NCBI RefSeq assembly: GCF_003334315.1
Contig: NZ_QOWR01000023.1
Source of the DNA: Escherichia coli
Lineage (GTDB): Bacteria; Pseudomonadota; Gammaproteobacteria; Enterobacterales; Enterobacteriaceae
Direction: 5' to 3' (one strand)
Length of the DNA stretch: 64,000 nt
Shown here: positions 11,125 through 25,852 of the stretch, one piece after another
Layout: every line of letters begins with the position of its first letter
How positions within the stretch are numbered: the first letter of the stretch is position 1
Translations under genes and position numbers: made by a program
Notes under the pieces: model-generated
What the model saw: the letters and a program-made list of their open reading frames with translations, nothing else
What the model was told of the DNA's origin: nothing
Databases searched by the model: none

Positions 11125-13206
11125 TTACGCATTCGAGTAACGTTCCGTCTCCGGCATCCAGCGTTCTATCAGGGCTTTTGCCTGTTGTGGGTAACGTTCG
11201 TGAATATGGCGTGCCAGGCGCTGAACTTCCGGGATCATCGCCTGATCGCGCAGTAAATCCGCCACTTTAAATTCAGCATTACCCGTCTGACGCGTGCCTA
11301 ACAATTCGCCAGGGCCGCGAATCTCCAGATCTTTTTGCGCAATCACAAAACCGTCGTTACTGTCGCGCAGCACTTGCAGGCGAATTTGCGCCGTTTTAGA
11401 AAGCGGCGTTTTGTAGAGCAGCACGCAGTGAGAAGCCACCGCGCCACGACCTACGCGCCCGCGCAGCTGGTGTAACTGCGCCAGACCCAGACGCTCCGGG
11501 TTTTCGATAATCATCAGACTGGCGTTAGGCACATCAACGCCGACTTCAATAACGGTTGTGGCAACCAGCAGGTGTAGCTCACCTTGTTTAAACGACGCCA
11601 TCACCGCCTGTTTCTCGGCAGGTTTCATCCGCCCGTGTACCAGGCCAACGTTCAACTCTGGTAGCGCCAGTTTCAACTCTTCCCAGGTAGCTTCCGCCGC
11701 CTGCGCTTCCAGCAATTCCGACTCTTCAATCAACGTACAAACCCAGTATGCCTGACGACCTTCAGTTATGCAGGCGTGGTGCACGCGGTCAATGATGTCG
11801 GTACGGCGGGTATCAGGAATAGCGACCGTAGTCACTGGCGTGCGGCCTGGCGGCAGCTCATCTATCACCGAGGTATCGAGATCGGCATACGCAGTCATTG
11901 CCAGCGTGCGGGGGATCGGCGTGGCGGTCATGATCAACTGATGCGGATGGAAGCCCTGCTGCTGGCCTTTCTCCCACAATGCCAGACGCTGATGCACGCC
12001 AAAACGATGCTGTTCGTCGATAATCACCAGCGCCAGGCCGTTAAACTGCACCTGTTCCTGGAAGATGGCGTGTGTACCGACAATCATCTGCACCTGACCG
12101 CTGGCGATGGCTTCCTGCTGTGCCAGCCGTGCTTTACCTTTCTGCTTACCGGCGAGCCAGCCCACTTCGATACCGAGCGGTGCAAACCAGTTGCGGAAGT
12201 TATTGGCGTGCTGCTCGGCGAGTAATTCGGTTGGTGCCATCAATGCTACCTGTTTGCCGTGGGCAATCGCACGCAACGCGGCGAGGGCGGCGACCAGCGT
12301 TTTACCGGAACCTACATCGCCCTGCACCAGACGCATCATCGGCACATCCAGCGCCATATCGCGCTCGATCTCCGCCACTACGCGTGCCTGTGCGCCCGTT
12401 GGCTTGAACGGTAAGGCGGCGAGGAGTTTATTTTTCAGCGTGTCATTGGCGCTCAGCGGCTGGGCATGAAAACGCTGTGCTCCGGCACGTAAGGCTAACA
12501 TGCTGAGGTTGTGCGCCAGCAGTTCTTCCAGAATCAGACGACGTTGCGCCGGATGCTGCCCGGTTTCCAGATCGCTAAGCTGTAGCGTCGGTGGCGGGCG
12601 GTGCAAAGTGCGCAACGCTTCCGGTAGCGTCATCATTCCTTGTGACAGTTCCGGCGGCAGGAGTTCTTCAATGGCGCAGGTGTCGAGCAGATCCAGCGCC
12701 TGGTCGGTTAATTTACGCAGCGTGGCCTGCTTTACGCCTTCCGTTGTTGGATAAACCGGCGTGAGCGTTTCCTGTAATTCTGGCGTGCTGAGATCGCCCT
12801 GCACGCGGTATTCCGGGTGGATCATCTCCGCACCATATTTACCGCGCTTTGCTTCGCCATAAGCCAGTACACGGCGGCCCGCCGCCAGGCTATTTTTCAT
12901 TGCCGCGCTGAAATTGAAAAAGCGCATGGTGAGGATGCCGGAACCGTCGCTGATCTGGCAGGTCATCATCCGCCGACCGCCGAAGGAGATATTGCAGTTC
13001 AGCACTTCGCCTTCCACCGTGGCATAAACGCCCGGCAGTAGTTCTCCGATGGGGTAGAGATGGGTGCGATCTTCGTAGCGCAGGGGAAGGTGTAAGAGTA
13101 GATCCTGCACGGTATGCAGGTTGATTTTCGCCAGTTTGTTACTAAGTGCTGCGCCAACGCCCGTTAGGGAACTGAGTGGGACAGCATCTAACAGGCGACC
13201 TTTCAT
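11125..13206 (-). CDS. recG: ATP-dependent DNA helicase RecG
   Basis: ORF track (704 aa with upstream extension); known N-terminus MKGRLLDAVPLSSLTGVG; helicase motifs GDVGSGKT and DEQHRFG. Confidence 0.95.
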   Translation of the reverse strand: MKGRLLDAVPLSSLTGVGAALSNKLAKINLHTVQDLLLHLPLRYEDRTHLYPIGELLPGVYATVEGEVLNCNISFGGRRMMTCQISDGSGILTMRFFNFSAAMKNSLAAGRRVLAYGEAKRGKYGAEMIHPEYRVQGDLSTPELQETLTPVYPTTEGVKQATLRKLTDQALDLLDTCAIEELLPPELSQGMMTLPEALRTLHRPPPTLQLSDLETGQHPAQRRLILEELLAHNLSMLALRAGAQRFHAQPLSANDTLKNKLLAALPFKPTGAQARVVAEIERDMALDVPMMRLVQGDVGSGKTLVAALAALRAIAHGKQVALMAPTELLAEQHANNFRNWFAPLGIEVGWLAGKQKGKARLAQQEAIASGQVQMIVGTHAIFQEQVQFNGLALVIIDEQHRFGVHQRLALWEKGQQQGFHPHQLIMTATPIPRTLAMTAYADLDTSVIDELPPGRTPVTTVAIPDTRRTDIIDRVHHACITEGRQAYWVCTLIEESELLEAQAAEATWEELKLALPELNVGLVHGRMKPAEKQAVMASFKQGELHLLVATTVIEVGVDVPNASLMIIENPERLGLAQLHQLRGRVGRGAVASHCVLLYKTPLSKTAQIRLQVLRDSNDGFVIAQKDLEIRGPGELLGTRQTGNAEFKVADLLRDQAMIPEVQRLARHIHERYPQQAKALIERWMPETERYSNA

Positions 13207-13211
13207 GGCAC

Positions 13212-13901
13212 TTACCCTGCAGCCTGCATAGTAGCCCACCAGTCGGCATCAGCTTCGATCTCGCCTTGCTGATTGACGTGGGGATAAGGCAGGCCTTTGC
13301 GTTTTGCGACTTTCGCCAGCACCGGATAGCCGCCTTCAAACAACAGGCGTTGTTGCTCTGCTTCCGGCAACATGCTGTTTTCACGCAGGTACATGCCTGC
13401 ATTTTGCCGCTGACGCTGGGCTTCGTAAAGAATGAGGGCTGAGGCAACGGAAACATTCAGCGACTGCACCATGCCGATCATCGGAATGATGATGTCCTGA
13501 TCCGCCAGGGCCAATGCTTCCTGCGTGATGCCCGTTTTCTCCTGTCCCATCAAAATGCAGGTCGGGCGAGTGTAATCAATTTCGCGGAAATCGACAGCGT
13601 TATCAGAAAGATGGGTTGCCAGAATCTGCATGCCCTGGCCTTTGAGATGAGCGACGGCATCGCCAATGGTGCGGTGTGTTTTCACCTGTACCCAGCTGTT
13701 ACTACCCGCCGCTGCCGAAGCCATGGTGCGCATGCGGCTACCAGGCCAGACGGCGTGAACTTCATGTACGCCAACGGCATCTGCGGTACGAATAATCGCA
13801 GAAACGTTATGAGGTTTGTGGACCTGCTCCATGCAGACGGTCAGATCAGGCTGCCGCCTGGCGAGCATTTCGCAGATGCGTGCATAACGTGTTGGGTTCA
13901 T
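13212..13901 (-). CDS. trmH: tRNA (Gm18) 2'-O-methyltransferase TrmH (SpoU)
   Basis: ORF track 229 aa; SpoU-family methyltransferase; last gene of the spoT operon before recG. Confidence 0.93.
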   Translation of the reverse strand: MNPTRYARICEMLARRQPDLTVCMEQVHKPHNVSAIIRTADAVGVHEVHAVWPGSRMRTMASAAAGSNSWVQVKTHRTIGDAVAHLKGQGMQILATHLSDNAVDFREIDYTRPTCILMGQEKTGITQEALALADQDIIIPMIGMVQSLNVSVASALILYEAQRQRQNAGMYLRENSMLPEAEQQRLLFEGGYPVLAKVAKRKGLPYPHVNQQGEIEADADWWATMQAAG

Positions 13902-13907
13902 AAAACA

Positions 13908-16016
13908 TTAATTTCGGTTTCGGGTGACTTTAATCACGTCTGGCATCACGCGGATTTTGCGCATGATATTCGCCAGATGCACACGGTCACGAGCGGTCAG
14001 ACGAATAAAGGCGCTGTAGACGCGACCATCTTTCTCTTCCGTATTCAAACTTTGAATATTCGAAGTCGTGGTGTTAATTGCCGCCGTCAGGTTTGCCAGC
14101 GCACCCTGATGATTGAACATCTCCACCTTGATTTCGGTGATGAACTCCTGCGCCGTCTCTTTATCCCATTCCACAGCCATAAACTTCTCTGGCTCTTTCT
14201 GGTAGCCACGGATATTACGGCAGGATTCATGGTGGATCACCAGACCTTTACCGGGGCTGACGTGGGCGATAATCGGGTCGCCAGGAATAGGGCGGCAGCA
14301 TTTCGCAAAGGTGATCAGCACGCCATCGGCACCTTTAATGGGCAGATGTCCGTGGCTTTGGGTTGCCGGTGGAATGGAGGCGTCCCCATGTTGCAGATTT
14401 TTCGCGACCACCACGCTCATTGCGTTACCAAGTCCGATTTCTGCCAGCAGATCGTCAAGCGTTGCCAGCTTCATGCGATCCAGCTCGCGCTGAATATTTT
14501 CCTGCGGGATTTCATTCAGCTTACGGCTACCACCCAAAGCATGGTTGAGCAGACGACGGCCCAGGCTTACAGAATCATCACGCTTGAGGTTTTTCAGCAA
14601 CTGACGAATTTTGGCGCGCGCTTTCGAGCTAACGACAAAGTTCAGCCAAGCGGCATTCGGGCGAGCGCCCGGAGCGGTAATGATTTCAACGGTTTGACCG
14701 CTGGTAAGCGGCTGCGACAGCGGGTAAGGCTGGCGGTCAACGCGTGCGCCCACGCAGGCATGACCGATATCGGTATGCACTGCATAAGCGAAGTCGACGG
14801 GCGTTGCACCGGCAGGCAGCTCGACAATGCGCCCTTCCGGTGTGAAAACGTAAATCTCATCCGGGAAGAGATCGGATTTAACGCTCTCGATAAATTCAAA
14901 CGAACTACCGGCGCTCTGTTGCAGCTCCAGCAGGCTTTGCATCCAGCGCTGGGCGCGGATTTGTGCGGTAGTACTGGTTTCGCCGTGCTCTTTATAAGCC
15001 CAGTGCGCGGCAACACCCATCTCCGCCATCTGGTCCATATCTTCGGTACGGATCTGGACCTCAACCGGCACACCGTGCGGGCCGATCATCGAGGTGTGCA
15101 AAGACTGATAGCCGTTCGCTTTTGGAATGGCGATATAGTCTTTCACGCGGCCCGGACGCGGCTTGTACAGGCTGTGCATCTGGCCCAGCACGCGATAACA
15201 GGTGTCAGAATCATTGACGATCACGCGGAAAGCGTAGATGTCCATGATCGAGTGAAAACGCTGCTCTTTGAGCACCATTTTGCAGTAAATCGAATAAAGA
15301 TGCTTCTCGCGACCACTGACGCGGCACGGTATTCCCGCTTCCTGCAAACGCCCTTCGATTTCAGAAAGAATCTTCTGGATCATCTCTTTACGGTTGCCGC
15401 GCGCGGCTTTCACCACTTCTTTGATTACGCGATAACGGTTGGGATACAGCGCCTCAAAACCCAGCTCTTCGAGTTCGGTTTTAATGTGGTGGATACCTAA
15501 ACGGTGCGCCAGCGGGCTATAAATTTCGAGAGTTTCACGGGCGATGCGGCGACGTTTGTCCGGGCGAAGTGAGCCCAGCGTGCGCATGTTGTGGGTACGG
15601 TCGGCAAGTTTGATGAGGATGACGCGGATATCCTGCACCATCGCCATAATCATCTTGCGAAAGTTTTCGGCCTGCGCCTCTTTCTTATCGCGGAACTTGA
15701 GTTTATCAAGTTTCGACACCCCCTCTACCAGCTCGGCGACGCTTTTACCAAAAAGCTGTTCCATATCCTGGTAGGTGGCGGGAGTATCTTCAATCACGTC
15801 ATGCAGCAGCGCCGCCATCAGCGTTTCATAGTCGAGTTTCATCTCGGCCAGAATGCAGGCAACCGCTACCGGGTGCGTGATATAGGGTTCACCGCTTGAA
15901 CGTGTTTGCCCCTCGTGAGCATCACGTGCAACGAGATACGCCTGCCGCAGACGCTTGATTTGGTCTTCCGGCAGGTAGGTTTGAATCAGTTGATTCAGGC
16001 TTTCAAACAGATACAA
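13908..16016 (-). CDS. spoT: bifunctional (p)ppGpp synthetase/hydrolase SpoT
   Basis: ORF track 702 aa; HD-domain motif AALLHDVIEDT; TGS/ACT C-terminal region; rpoZ immediately upstream. Confidence 0.97.
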   Translation of the reverse strand: MYLFESLNQLIQTYLPEDQIKRLRQAYLVARDAHEGQTRSSGEPYITHPVAVACILAEMKLDYETLMAALLHDVIEDTPATYQDMEQLFGKSVAELVEGVSKLDKLKFRDKKEAQAENFRKMIMAMVQDIRVILIKLADRTHNMRTLGSLRPDKRRRIARETLEIYSPLAHRLGIHHIKTELEELGFEALYPNRYRVIKEVVKAARGNRKEMIQKILSEIEGRLQEAGIPCRVSGREKHLYSIYCKMVLKEQRFHSIMDIYAFRVIVNDSDTCYRVLGQMHSLYKPRPGRVKDYIAIPKANGYQSLHTSMIGPHGVPVEVQIRTEDMDQMAEMGVAAHWAYKEHGETSTTAQIRAQRWMQSLLELQQSAGSSFEFIESVKSDLFPDEIYVFTPEGRIVELPAGATPVDFAYAVHTDIGHACVGARVDRQPYPLSQPLTSGQTVEIITAPGARPNAAWLNFVVSSKARAKIRQLLKNLKRDDSVSLGRRLLNHALGGSRKLNEIPQENIQRELDRMKLATLDDLLAEIGLGNAMSVVVAKNLQHGDASIPPATQSHGHLPIKGADGVLITFAKCCRPIPGDPIIAHVSPGKGLVIHHESCRNIRGYQKEPEKFMAVEWDKETAQEFITEIKVEMFNHQGALANLTAAINTTTSNIQSLNTEEKDGRVYSAFIRLTARDRVHLANIMRKIRVMPDVIKVTRNRN

Positions 16017-16034
16017 GGGCGACCCGCTTTGTGA

Positions 16035-16310
16035 TTAACGACGACCTTCAGCAATAGCGGTAACGGCTTGTAATTCAGCGGCTTCCTGCTCTTGCTGTTC
16101 CTGGCGTTCGCGAACGTCGAGGATCTGGTTGTTGATCAGACCTTCTTCGATTTCGCGCAGCGCGATTACAGTGGTTTTATCGTTTTCTTCCGGTACCAGC
16201 GGATCCTTTCCGCCTACCTGCATCTGACGAGCGCGACGCGCGGCGACCAGTACCAGGTCAAAACGGTTACCAATTTTCTCTACAGCGTCCTGAACAGTTA
16301 CGCGTGCCAT
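16035..16310 (-). CDS. rpoZ: RNA polymerase omega subunit
   Basis: ORF track 91 aa, [31 protein letters not shown]. Confidence 0.97.
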
Positions 16311-16364
16311 ACTTAAAAAGCTCCACAGGTGAAGAAATGACTGGGCATGATACTGAAATCAGGT

Positions 16365-19542
<3,178 letters not shown>

Positions 19543-19832
19543 GGTTCTCTCCCTAAAAATCTGTCTGGCAGGGTAGCGATTTGTGCGCATTGTCACGATT
19601 GAGATTTTTTAAGGTGAGGGGAAATTGATAACTTGTAGTTATGTGAAATCGCTATTTTCTGTAGCAGAGATGCATTCTTCTGACTTCTTGTCTGAGAAAA
19701 TGCATAAGAAAAAATAGGTTAAAACTGAGGGGGGAAAAGAAAGGTGCAATATTTAGCCATTGTGTTCACTGCACCTGGACCTTGGCTTACGCATCGGGTG
19801 TCTCAATCAACAAAAAGAGTTTTTAGTTTCTG

Positions 19833-20657
19833 CTATTTCTTCTCTGTAATTTTTACACTGTTTTCCAACTGCTTGATGCTGACCTGCGGGGTCGGCAACT
19901 CCTCAGGCATGGTTCCGCCAAGTTCCTGAATGGTTTGCCTCACCTTGCGACCCACGTCAAAGTGTGTGGTGTTTGCTTGCTGTTTTGAATTCACGCCATC
20001 CCGCTTGAGTTTTTCTTCTGTTTGGGTAGCTCGAAAGAGATTAGCCGCCAGTTCTGTTGAACCCATATGATCCAGGATCTTCTGACTCTTTTTCAGCCCC
20101 TTCAGTTGGTGGATGGCTTTCTGATCTAATCCACCATACAGCCCCCGGTAACCATGATTCTGAAATATGGCGAAATCGATAGCTGTCGCTCCCCCAGCTT
20201 GCTGCGCTGCCTCAACCAATTGTTTGTTATGTTCTTTCAATTCATTTCTCAGAAAAAGACGCTTTTCGTCTTCACGAAGTTGCCTGAAAGCTTCATCGTC
20301 AGCCAGCTCCTGCCGTCGGGTCTGGATAGCAAAATAAGTTTGCCCTGCCGCAATAACCGGTTTCGCAGGGTCGCCGTTTTGTACTACCAGGTAACAGGCA
20401 TAGCGGGAGAGATGAACATCTTCAAGTTCTCGTTGAGCCCCTGAACCTAATACAACCATTTTGGTGGTTTCAACGAAATGGTCAGATGCAGCTTGATTGC
20501 TGGCTTCGCACGCTTGAGTCGCGCGGGCCAGTACCTTTTGAAAATTGCGCCAGTCCCGATAATCCAGTAACGGTGCCAATTCTCTAGCTGACCAAAATTC
20601 TTGCCCTTCAGTGCCATAATGCCGTATTTCTTCAAAAGGTTGATGATGTTCGTTCAT
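19833..20657 (-). CDS. dinD: DNA-damage-inducible protein DinD
   Basis: ORF track 278 aa; MNEHHQPFEEIRHYG N-terminus; LexA box upstream. Confidence 0.9.
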   Translation of the reverse strand: MNEHHQPFEEIRHYGTEGQEFWSARELAPLLDYRDWRNFQKVLARATQACEASNQAASDHFVETTKMVVLGSGAQRELEDVHLSRYACYLVVQNGDPAKPVIAAGQTYFAIQTRRQELADDEAFRQLREDEKRLFLRNELKEHNKQLVEAAQQAGGATAIDFAIFQNHGYRGLYGGLDQKAIHQLKGLKKSQKILDHMGSTELAANLFRATQTEEKLKRDGVNSKQQANTTHFDVGRKVRQTIQELGGTMPEELPTPQVSIKQLENSVKITEKK

Positions 20658-20700
20658 TGCCCACTCCATGTGATATCGATTGCAAAGAAAGTAAATCTGT

Positions 20701-20720
20701 AACTGTATTTATATACAGTT
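20701..20720 (-). promoter_or_regulatory. LexA (SOS) box upstream of dinD
   Basis: AACTGTATTTATATACAGTT: perfect CTGT-N8-ACAG palindrome about 45 bp upstream of the dinD start. Confidence 0.75.
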
Positions 20721-20877
20721 GTGAGTATCTCACGTTCTCAGTGTGCTGGGCAAAAAAACATCGCAAAATCTGGAGCAGGCACGCAAAACAGAATTGAAGT
20801 TGCGGGGAAGAAAAATGCCGCTCTGTTTGAGTGGGCGGCATTTGTGAAGGCTGAAAAGTAAGAATTAGTGTTACGAG

Positions 20878-21741
20878 TTACTCAATATTCTGAATCTGCT
20901 CGCGCATCTGCTCAATCAACACTTTCAGCTCGATGGCGGAGTTTGTCACTTCGGCATTGATAGATTTCGACGCAAGAGTGTTCGACTCGCGGTTGAATTC
21001 CTGCATCATAAAGTCCAGACGACGACCAACGGCTTCTTTTTTCTTCAGAATGTTGTAGGTCTCTTTGACATGCGCTTCCAGGCGGTCCAGTTCTTCGGCA
21101 ACGTCAATTCGTTGTGCCAGCAGAACCAACTCCTGCTCCAGACGGTTGTTTTCCAACTGAACCTGAGCATCTTCCAGCTTCGCGACCAGACGCTCACGCT
21201 GCCATTGCAGGATTTCCGGCATATGGGCGCGGACTTTGACCACTTCGGCGGTGACGCCTTCCAGACGCTGCTCGATCAATGCTTTCAGTGCCTGACCTTC
21301 GGTTTCGCGCGCGACAATAAAGTCGTCCAGCGTACCATCCAGCGCCGCGAGAATTTCAGCGGCAATGGCGTCGAGATCCTGCTCCTGGGCTGCCATCACG
21401 CCCGGCCAGCGCAGAATATCAACCGGGTTGATTTCCCCTTCGTCACTCTGCATTTTTACCCAGTTCGCGGCAGTTACCAGCTGTTTAGCCAGTTTTTCAT
21501 TGAGGATCAGCTCACCTTGTGCGCTAACATCTGGCTCATAGCGCAGGGTACATTCCACTTTACCGCGCGTCAGGCGAGAACGAATACGCTCGCGAACGAC
21601 AGGTTCAAGGCTACGGAACTGCTCCGGCAGACGAAAGTAAGTTTCCAGATAACGCTGGTTTACCGAGCGCATTTCCCAGGTTGCGCTCCCCCATTCACCC
21701 TTGATTTCACGCCGGGCGTAGGCGGTCATACTGCGGATCAT
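20878..21741 (-). CDS. yicC: YicC-family protein (stress-induced; YicC endoribonuclease)
   Basis: ORF track 287 aa, same length as K-12 YicC; conserved position divergent from rph. Confidence 0.9.
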   Translation of the reverse strand: MIRSMTAYARREIKGEWGSATWEMRSVNQRYLETYFRLPEQFRSLEPVVRERIRSRLTRGKVECTLRYEPDVSAQGELILNEKLAKQLVTAANWVKMQSDEGEINPVDILRWPGVMAAQEQDLDAIAAEILAALDGTLDDFIVARETEGQALKALIEQRLEGVTAEVVKVRAHMPEILQWQRERLVAKLEDAQVQLENNRLEQELVLLAQRIDVAEELDRLEAHVKETYNILKKKEAVGRRLDFMMQEFNRESNTLASKSINAEVTNSAIELKVLIEQMREQIQNIE

Positions 21742-21867
21742 AGACGTTCCTGTTTATAAAAGGAGAGGTGGAAGGATTATAGCCATCGATGCCTTGTCAG
21801 GATAGGAATAACCGCCGGAAGTCCGTATAATGCGCAGCCACATTTGTTTCAAGCCGGAGATTTCAAT

Positions 21868-22584
21868 ATGCGTCCAGCAGGCCGTAGCAATAATCAGGTG
21901 CGTCCCGTTACCCTGACTCGTAACTATACAAAACATGCAGAAGGCTCGGTGCTGGTCGAATTTGGCGATACCAAAGTGTTGTGTACCGCCTCTATTGAAG
22001 AAGGCGTGCCGCGCTTCCTGAAAGGTCAGGGCCAGGGCTGGATCACCGCAGAGTACGGCATGCTGCCACGTTCTACCCACACCCGTAACGCTCGTGAAGC
22101 GGCGAAAGGTAAGCAGAGTGGACGCACAATGGAAATCCAGCGTCTGATCGCCCGTGCTCTTCGCGCGGCAGTAGATTTGAAAGCGCTGGGTGAGTTCACC
22201 ATTACGCTGGACTGCGACGTGCTTCAGGCTGATGGTGGCACGCGTACCGCGTCGATTACGGGTGCCTGCGTGGCGCTGGCAGATGCGCTACAGAAGCTGG
22301 TGGAAAACGGCAAGCTGAAAACCAACCCGATGAAAGGGATGGTAGCCGCAGTTTCTGTCGGTATTGTAAACGGTGAAGCAATTTGCGATCTGGAATACGT
22401 TGAAGACTCAGCCGCAGAGACCGACATGAACGTAGTGATGACCGAAGACGGGCGCATCATTGAAGTGCAGGGGACGGCAGAAGGCGAGCCGTTCACCCAT
22501 GAAGAGCTACTCACCTTGTTGGCGCTGGCCCGAGGGGGAATCGAATCCATTGTAGCGACGCAGAAGGCGGCGCTGGCAAACTGA
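21868..22584 (+). CDS. rph: ribonuclease PH, full length (no K-12-type frameshift)
   Basis: ORF track; [41 protein letters not shown]; reading frame runs uninterrupted to a stop 6 bp before the pyrE attenuator hairpin. Confidence 0.95.
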   Translation: MRPAGRSNNQVRPVTLTRNYTKHAEGSVLVEFGDTKVLCTASIEEGVPRFLKGQGQGWITAEYGMLPRSTHTRNAREAAKGKQSGRTMEIQRLIARALRAAVDLKALGEFTITLDCDVLQADGGTRTASITGACVALADALQKLVENGKLKTNPMKGMVAAVSVGIVNGEAICDLEYVEDSAAETDMNVVMTEDGRIIEVQGTAEGEPFTHEELLTLLALARGGIESIVATQKAALAN

Positions 22585-22589
22585 TTTTT

Positions 22590-22618
22590 AAGGCGACTGA
22601 TGAGTCGCCTTTTTTTTG
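22590..22618 (+). terminator. pyrE attenuator (rho-independent terminator between rph and pyrE)
   Basis: Hairpin AAGGCGACTGATGAGTCGCCTT followed by a run of T, directly after the rph stop. Confidence 0.85.
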
Positions 22619-22649
22619 TCTGTAGAAAAGTAAGATGAGGAGCGAAGGC

Positions 22650-23291
22650 ATGAAACCATATCAGCGCCAGTTTATTGAATTTGCGCTTAGCAAGCAGGTG
22701 TTAAAGTTTGGCGAGTTTACGCTGAAATCCGGGCGCAAAAGCCCCTATTTCTTCAACGCCGGGCTGTTTAATACCGGGCGCGATCTGGCACTGTTAGGCC
22801 GTTTTTACGCTGAAGCGTTGGTGGATTCCGGCATTGAGTTCGATCTGCTGTTTGGCCCTGCTTACAAAGGGATCCCGATTGCCACCACAACCGCCGTGGC
22901 GTTGGCGGAGCATCATGACTTGGACCTGCCGTACTGCTTTAACCGCAAAGAGGCAAAAGACCACGGTGAAGGCGGCAATCTGGTTGGTAGCGCGTTACAA
23001 GGACGCGTAATGCTGGTAGATGATGTGATCACCGCCGGAACGGCGATTCGCGAATCGATGGAGATTATTCAGGCTAATGGCGCGACGCTTGCTGGCGTAT
23101 TGATTTCGCTTGATCGTCAGGAACGGGGGCGCGGCGAGATTTCGGCGATTCAGGAAGTTGAGCGTGATTACAACTGCAAAGTGATCTCTATCATCACCCT
23201 GAAAGATCTGATTGCCTATCTGGAAGAGAAGCCGGAAATGGCGGAACATCTGGCGGCGGTTAAGGCCTATCGCGAAGAGTTTGGCGTTTAA
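22650..23291 (+). CDS. pyrE: orotate phosphoribosyltransferase
   Basis: ORF track; [36 protein letters not shown]. Confidence 0.96.
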
Positions 23292-23327
23292 AGAAACTCG
23301 CCGGATGAAAAGTCATCCGGCGTCATA

Positions 23328-23924
23328 TTACTGCAACTGCGCGGCAATTAGCGGCCAGCGGGCGTCAAAATCATCCGTCGGGCGGTATTTAAATTCGCTG
23401 CGGACAAAACGTGACAGCATACCTTCACAGAAGGCCAGGATCTGGCTTGCCAGCAGGGTTTCATCGGTGGTGTAACCTTCACCCTCACGCATTCTCTTTT
23501 CACGCAATACCTGACGCAGCTGCGCTTCAATACGCTCGAACAGCTGGTTGATACGCCCTTGCAGGCGATCCTGTTCAAACATCAGCGCATGACCAGTGAG
23601 GATGCGGGTCAGGCCAGGATTACGCTCACCAAAACCGAGAAGCAGCAACACAATCAGACGCAGGCGCGCTGTGGTGTCTTTCTCATCTTTCAGAATCAGG
23701 TTGATGCGAGTAATCAGGCTATCTTCGATAAACTCAATCAGGCTATCGAACATGCGGGTCTTACTGGGGAAGTGGCGATACAGTGCCGCTTCGGAAACGC
23801 CGACAGAGGCGGCCAGTTTTGCCGTCGTGATACGTTGGCTTCCATCGCTGGATTCCAGCATCAGCGCCAGAGACTGAAGTATTTCCTCGCGACGGTTCCT
23901 TTTCGCAGTTTGTTTTTCTGCCAT
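23328..23924 (-). CDS. slmA: nucleoid occlusion factor SlmA (TetR family)
   Basis: ORF track; [24 protein letters not shown] start at 23924; TetR-type HTH. Confidence 0.93.
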
Positions 23925-24030
23925 GTTACAAAATACCCCTGAAAATAAGCACTTGCCAGGCGGCACCCACGCTATGACCGCAAACGAAATGTTTGCGGCT
24001 ATGTTATGACGTTATTCGGATGCGTATGTG

Positions 24031-24489
24031 TTACTGACGACCAGAGTGACCAAAGCCGCCTTCACCGCGGTCGGTGGCGTCGAAATCTTCCACCAGATTA
24101 AATTCAGCCTGTACTACCGGAACAAAAATCATCTGGGCGATGCGTTCGCCAGGTTGAATGGTGAAGCTGTCCTGACCACGGTTCCAAACGGAAATCATCA
24201 ACTGGCCCTGATAGTCAGAATCGATCAATCCTACCAGGTTACCAAGCACGATACCGTGCTTATGTCCCAATCCGGAGCGCGGCAGCATCATTGCCGCCAG
24301 TGAAGGATCGGCAATATGAATCGCCAGCCCGGTCGGAACCAGCGTAGTGTCACCCGGAGCCAGTTCTACGGCGTCGTCGAGACAGGCACGCAGGTCAAGT
24401 CCGGCAGAGCCAGAGGTGGCATAAGTCGGGAGCGGAAATTCCTTCCCAACGCGCGGGTCCAGAATCTTAACGTCGATTTTTTTCATCAT
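24031..24489 (-). CDS. dut: dUTP pyrophosphatase
   Basis: ORF track 152 aa; [35 protein letters not shown]. Confidence 0.96.
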
Positions 24490-25687
24490 AACGGGTCACG
24501 ATCTCGTCGAGTAATAATTGGCCAAGGAGCTCTTTGCGCTCAAGCGGTAAGACTTTATCTCCGTCCTGCCAGAAAAGGTGTAATGCGTTGTTGTCGCTGT
24601 TAAATCCTTGAGTTGGCTGGGAAACATCGTTCGCGCAGATCAGATCAAGGTTTTTACGGATACGTTTTTGCCGGGCGTATTCTTCCACATTATTTGTTTC
24701 GGCGGCAAATCCAACGACGTAGGGTCGATGGTCTTTTAGTGCGGCAACGCCTGCGACGATATCGGGGTTTTTAACCATTTTTATTGTTAATTCATCACCC
24801 TGCGTGGCCTGCTTTTTGATTTTTTCTGGGGCCACGGTAGCTGCGCGATAATCCGCCACGGCGGCGCAACCGATAAAAATATTTTGCTGCTGTACAGAAG
24901 CATTCACGGCGGCTTCCATTTCCAGCGCGGTCATCACATCAACACGTTTAACAAACGGTGGCGTCGGTAGTGAAACCGGACCTGATACCAGCGTGACGTT
25001 CGCGCCACGACGGGCAGCGGCGGCGGCGATAGCAAAACCCATCTTGCCGGAGCTGTGATTAGAGATATAACGCACCGGATCGAGCGGTTCACGCGTCGGG
25101 CCGGTGGTAATCATAATGTTCAGATGTTTCAGGTCGTTGACGGGCGAAAAATGCGCTACCGCCATATCCACAATGGTTAATGGATCGAGCATTCGCCCTG
25201 GGCCGATATCACCACAAGCCTGACTGCCACTGTCTGGCCCCCAGATCAGCAAACCACGGGAAGCAAGCACCTCTAAATTATGCTGCGTGGCAGCGGCACG
25301 GTACATCTGCTGGTTCATGGCGGGGAGCACGGCTACAGGCGCAGGTGTAGCCAGACAAATCGTCGATACCAGGTCATTCGCCATTCCGGCAGCAACACGG
25401 GCAATCAAATCTGCCGTGGCAGGGGCGAGAATCACTAAATCAGCCCATTTACCCAGCTCAATATGGCCCATAGCGGCTTCGGCTGCCGGGTCCAGCAGAC
25501 TGTCGGAAACGGGATAACCAGAAACCGCCTGCAAGCTAAGTGGGGTGATAAAGGCTTTTGCCGCTTCGGTCATGGCTACGCGGACGTCGGCCCCGCGATC
25601 GCGCAAACGACGCACCAGTTCAGGGGTTTTATAGGCAGCAATACCGCCGCTAACGCCGAGAACGATTTTTTTACCGGCCAGGCTCAT
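24467..25687 (-). CDS. coaBC: bifunctional phosphopantothenoylcysteine decarboxylase / synthetase (Dfp)
   Basis: ORF track; known start [20 protein letters not shown] at ATG 25687; overlaps dut start region. Confidence 0.95.
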
Positions 25688-25852
25688 GATGATTTTTCCT
25701 GTTGGGTGACACCAGAAGTTGGCGATTTTATCACAATACTTTTGTTGTCGTGCCTTCACCTGAGATTCACTTTGCGAGGCTCTTTCCAGGATTGAAAACT
25801 GGCCGTCGATTTAACGGAACGACTATGACAGGATGCGAGCACCACAAAGGAG

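Noticed and set aside
13611-15500. 629-aa ORF on the + strand
   Set aside because: Lies entirely antisense to spoT, whose product is unmistakable; long stop-free antisense frames are common in GC-rich, codon-biased genes. No independent start context or Shine-Dalgarno.
24467-24489. 23-bp overlap between dut and coaBC as a possible frameshift or fusion
   Set aside because: Both reading frames are complete with expected lengths; the overlap comes from taking the first in-frame Met for dut and is a normal operon arrangement.
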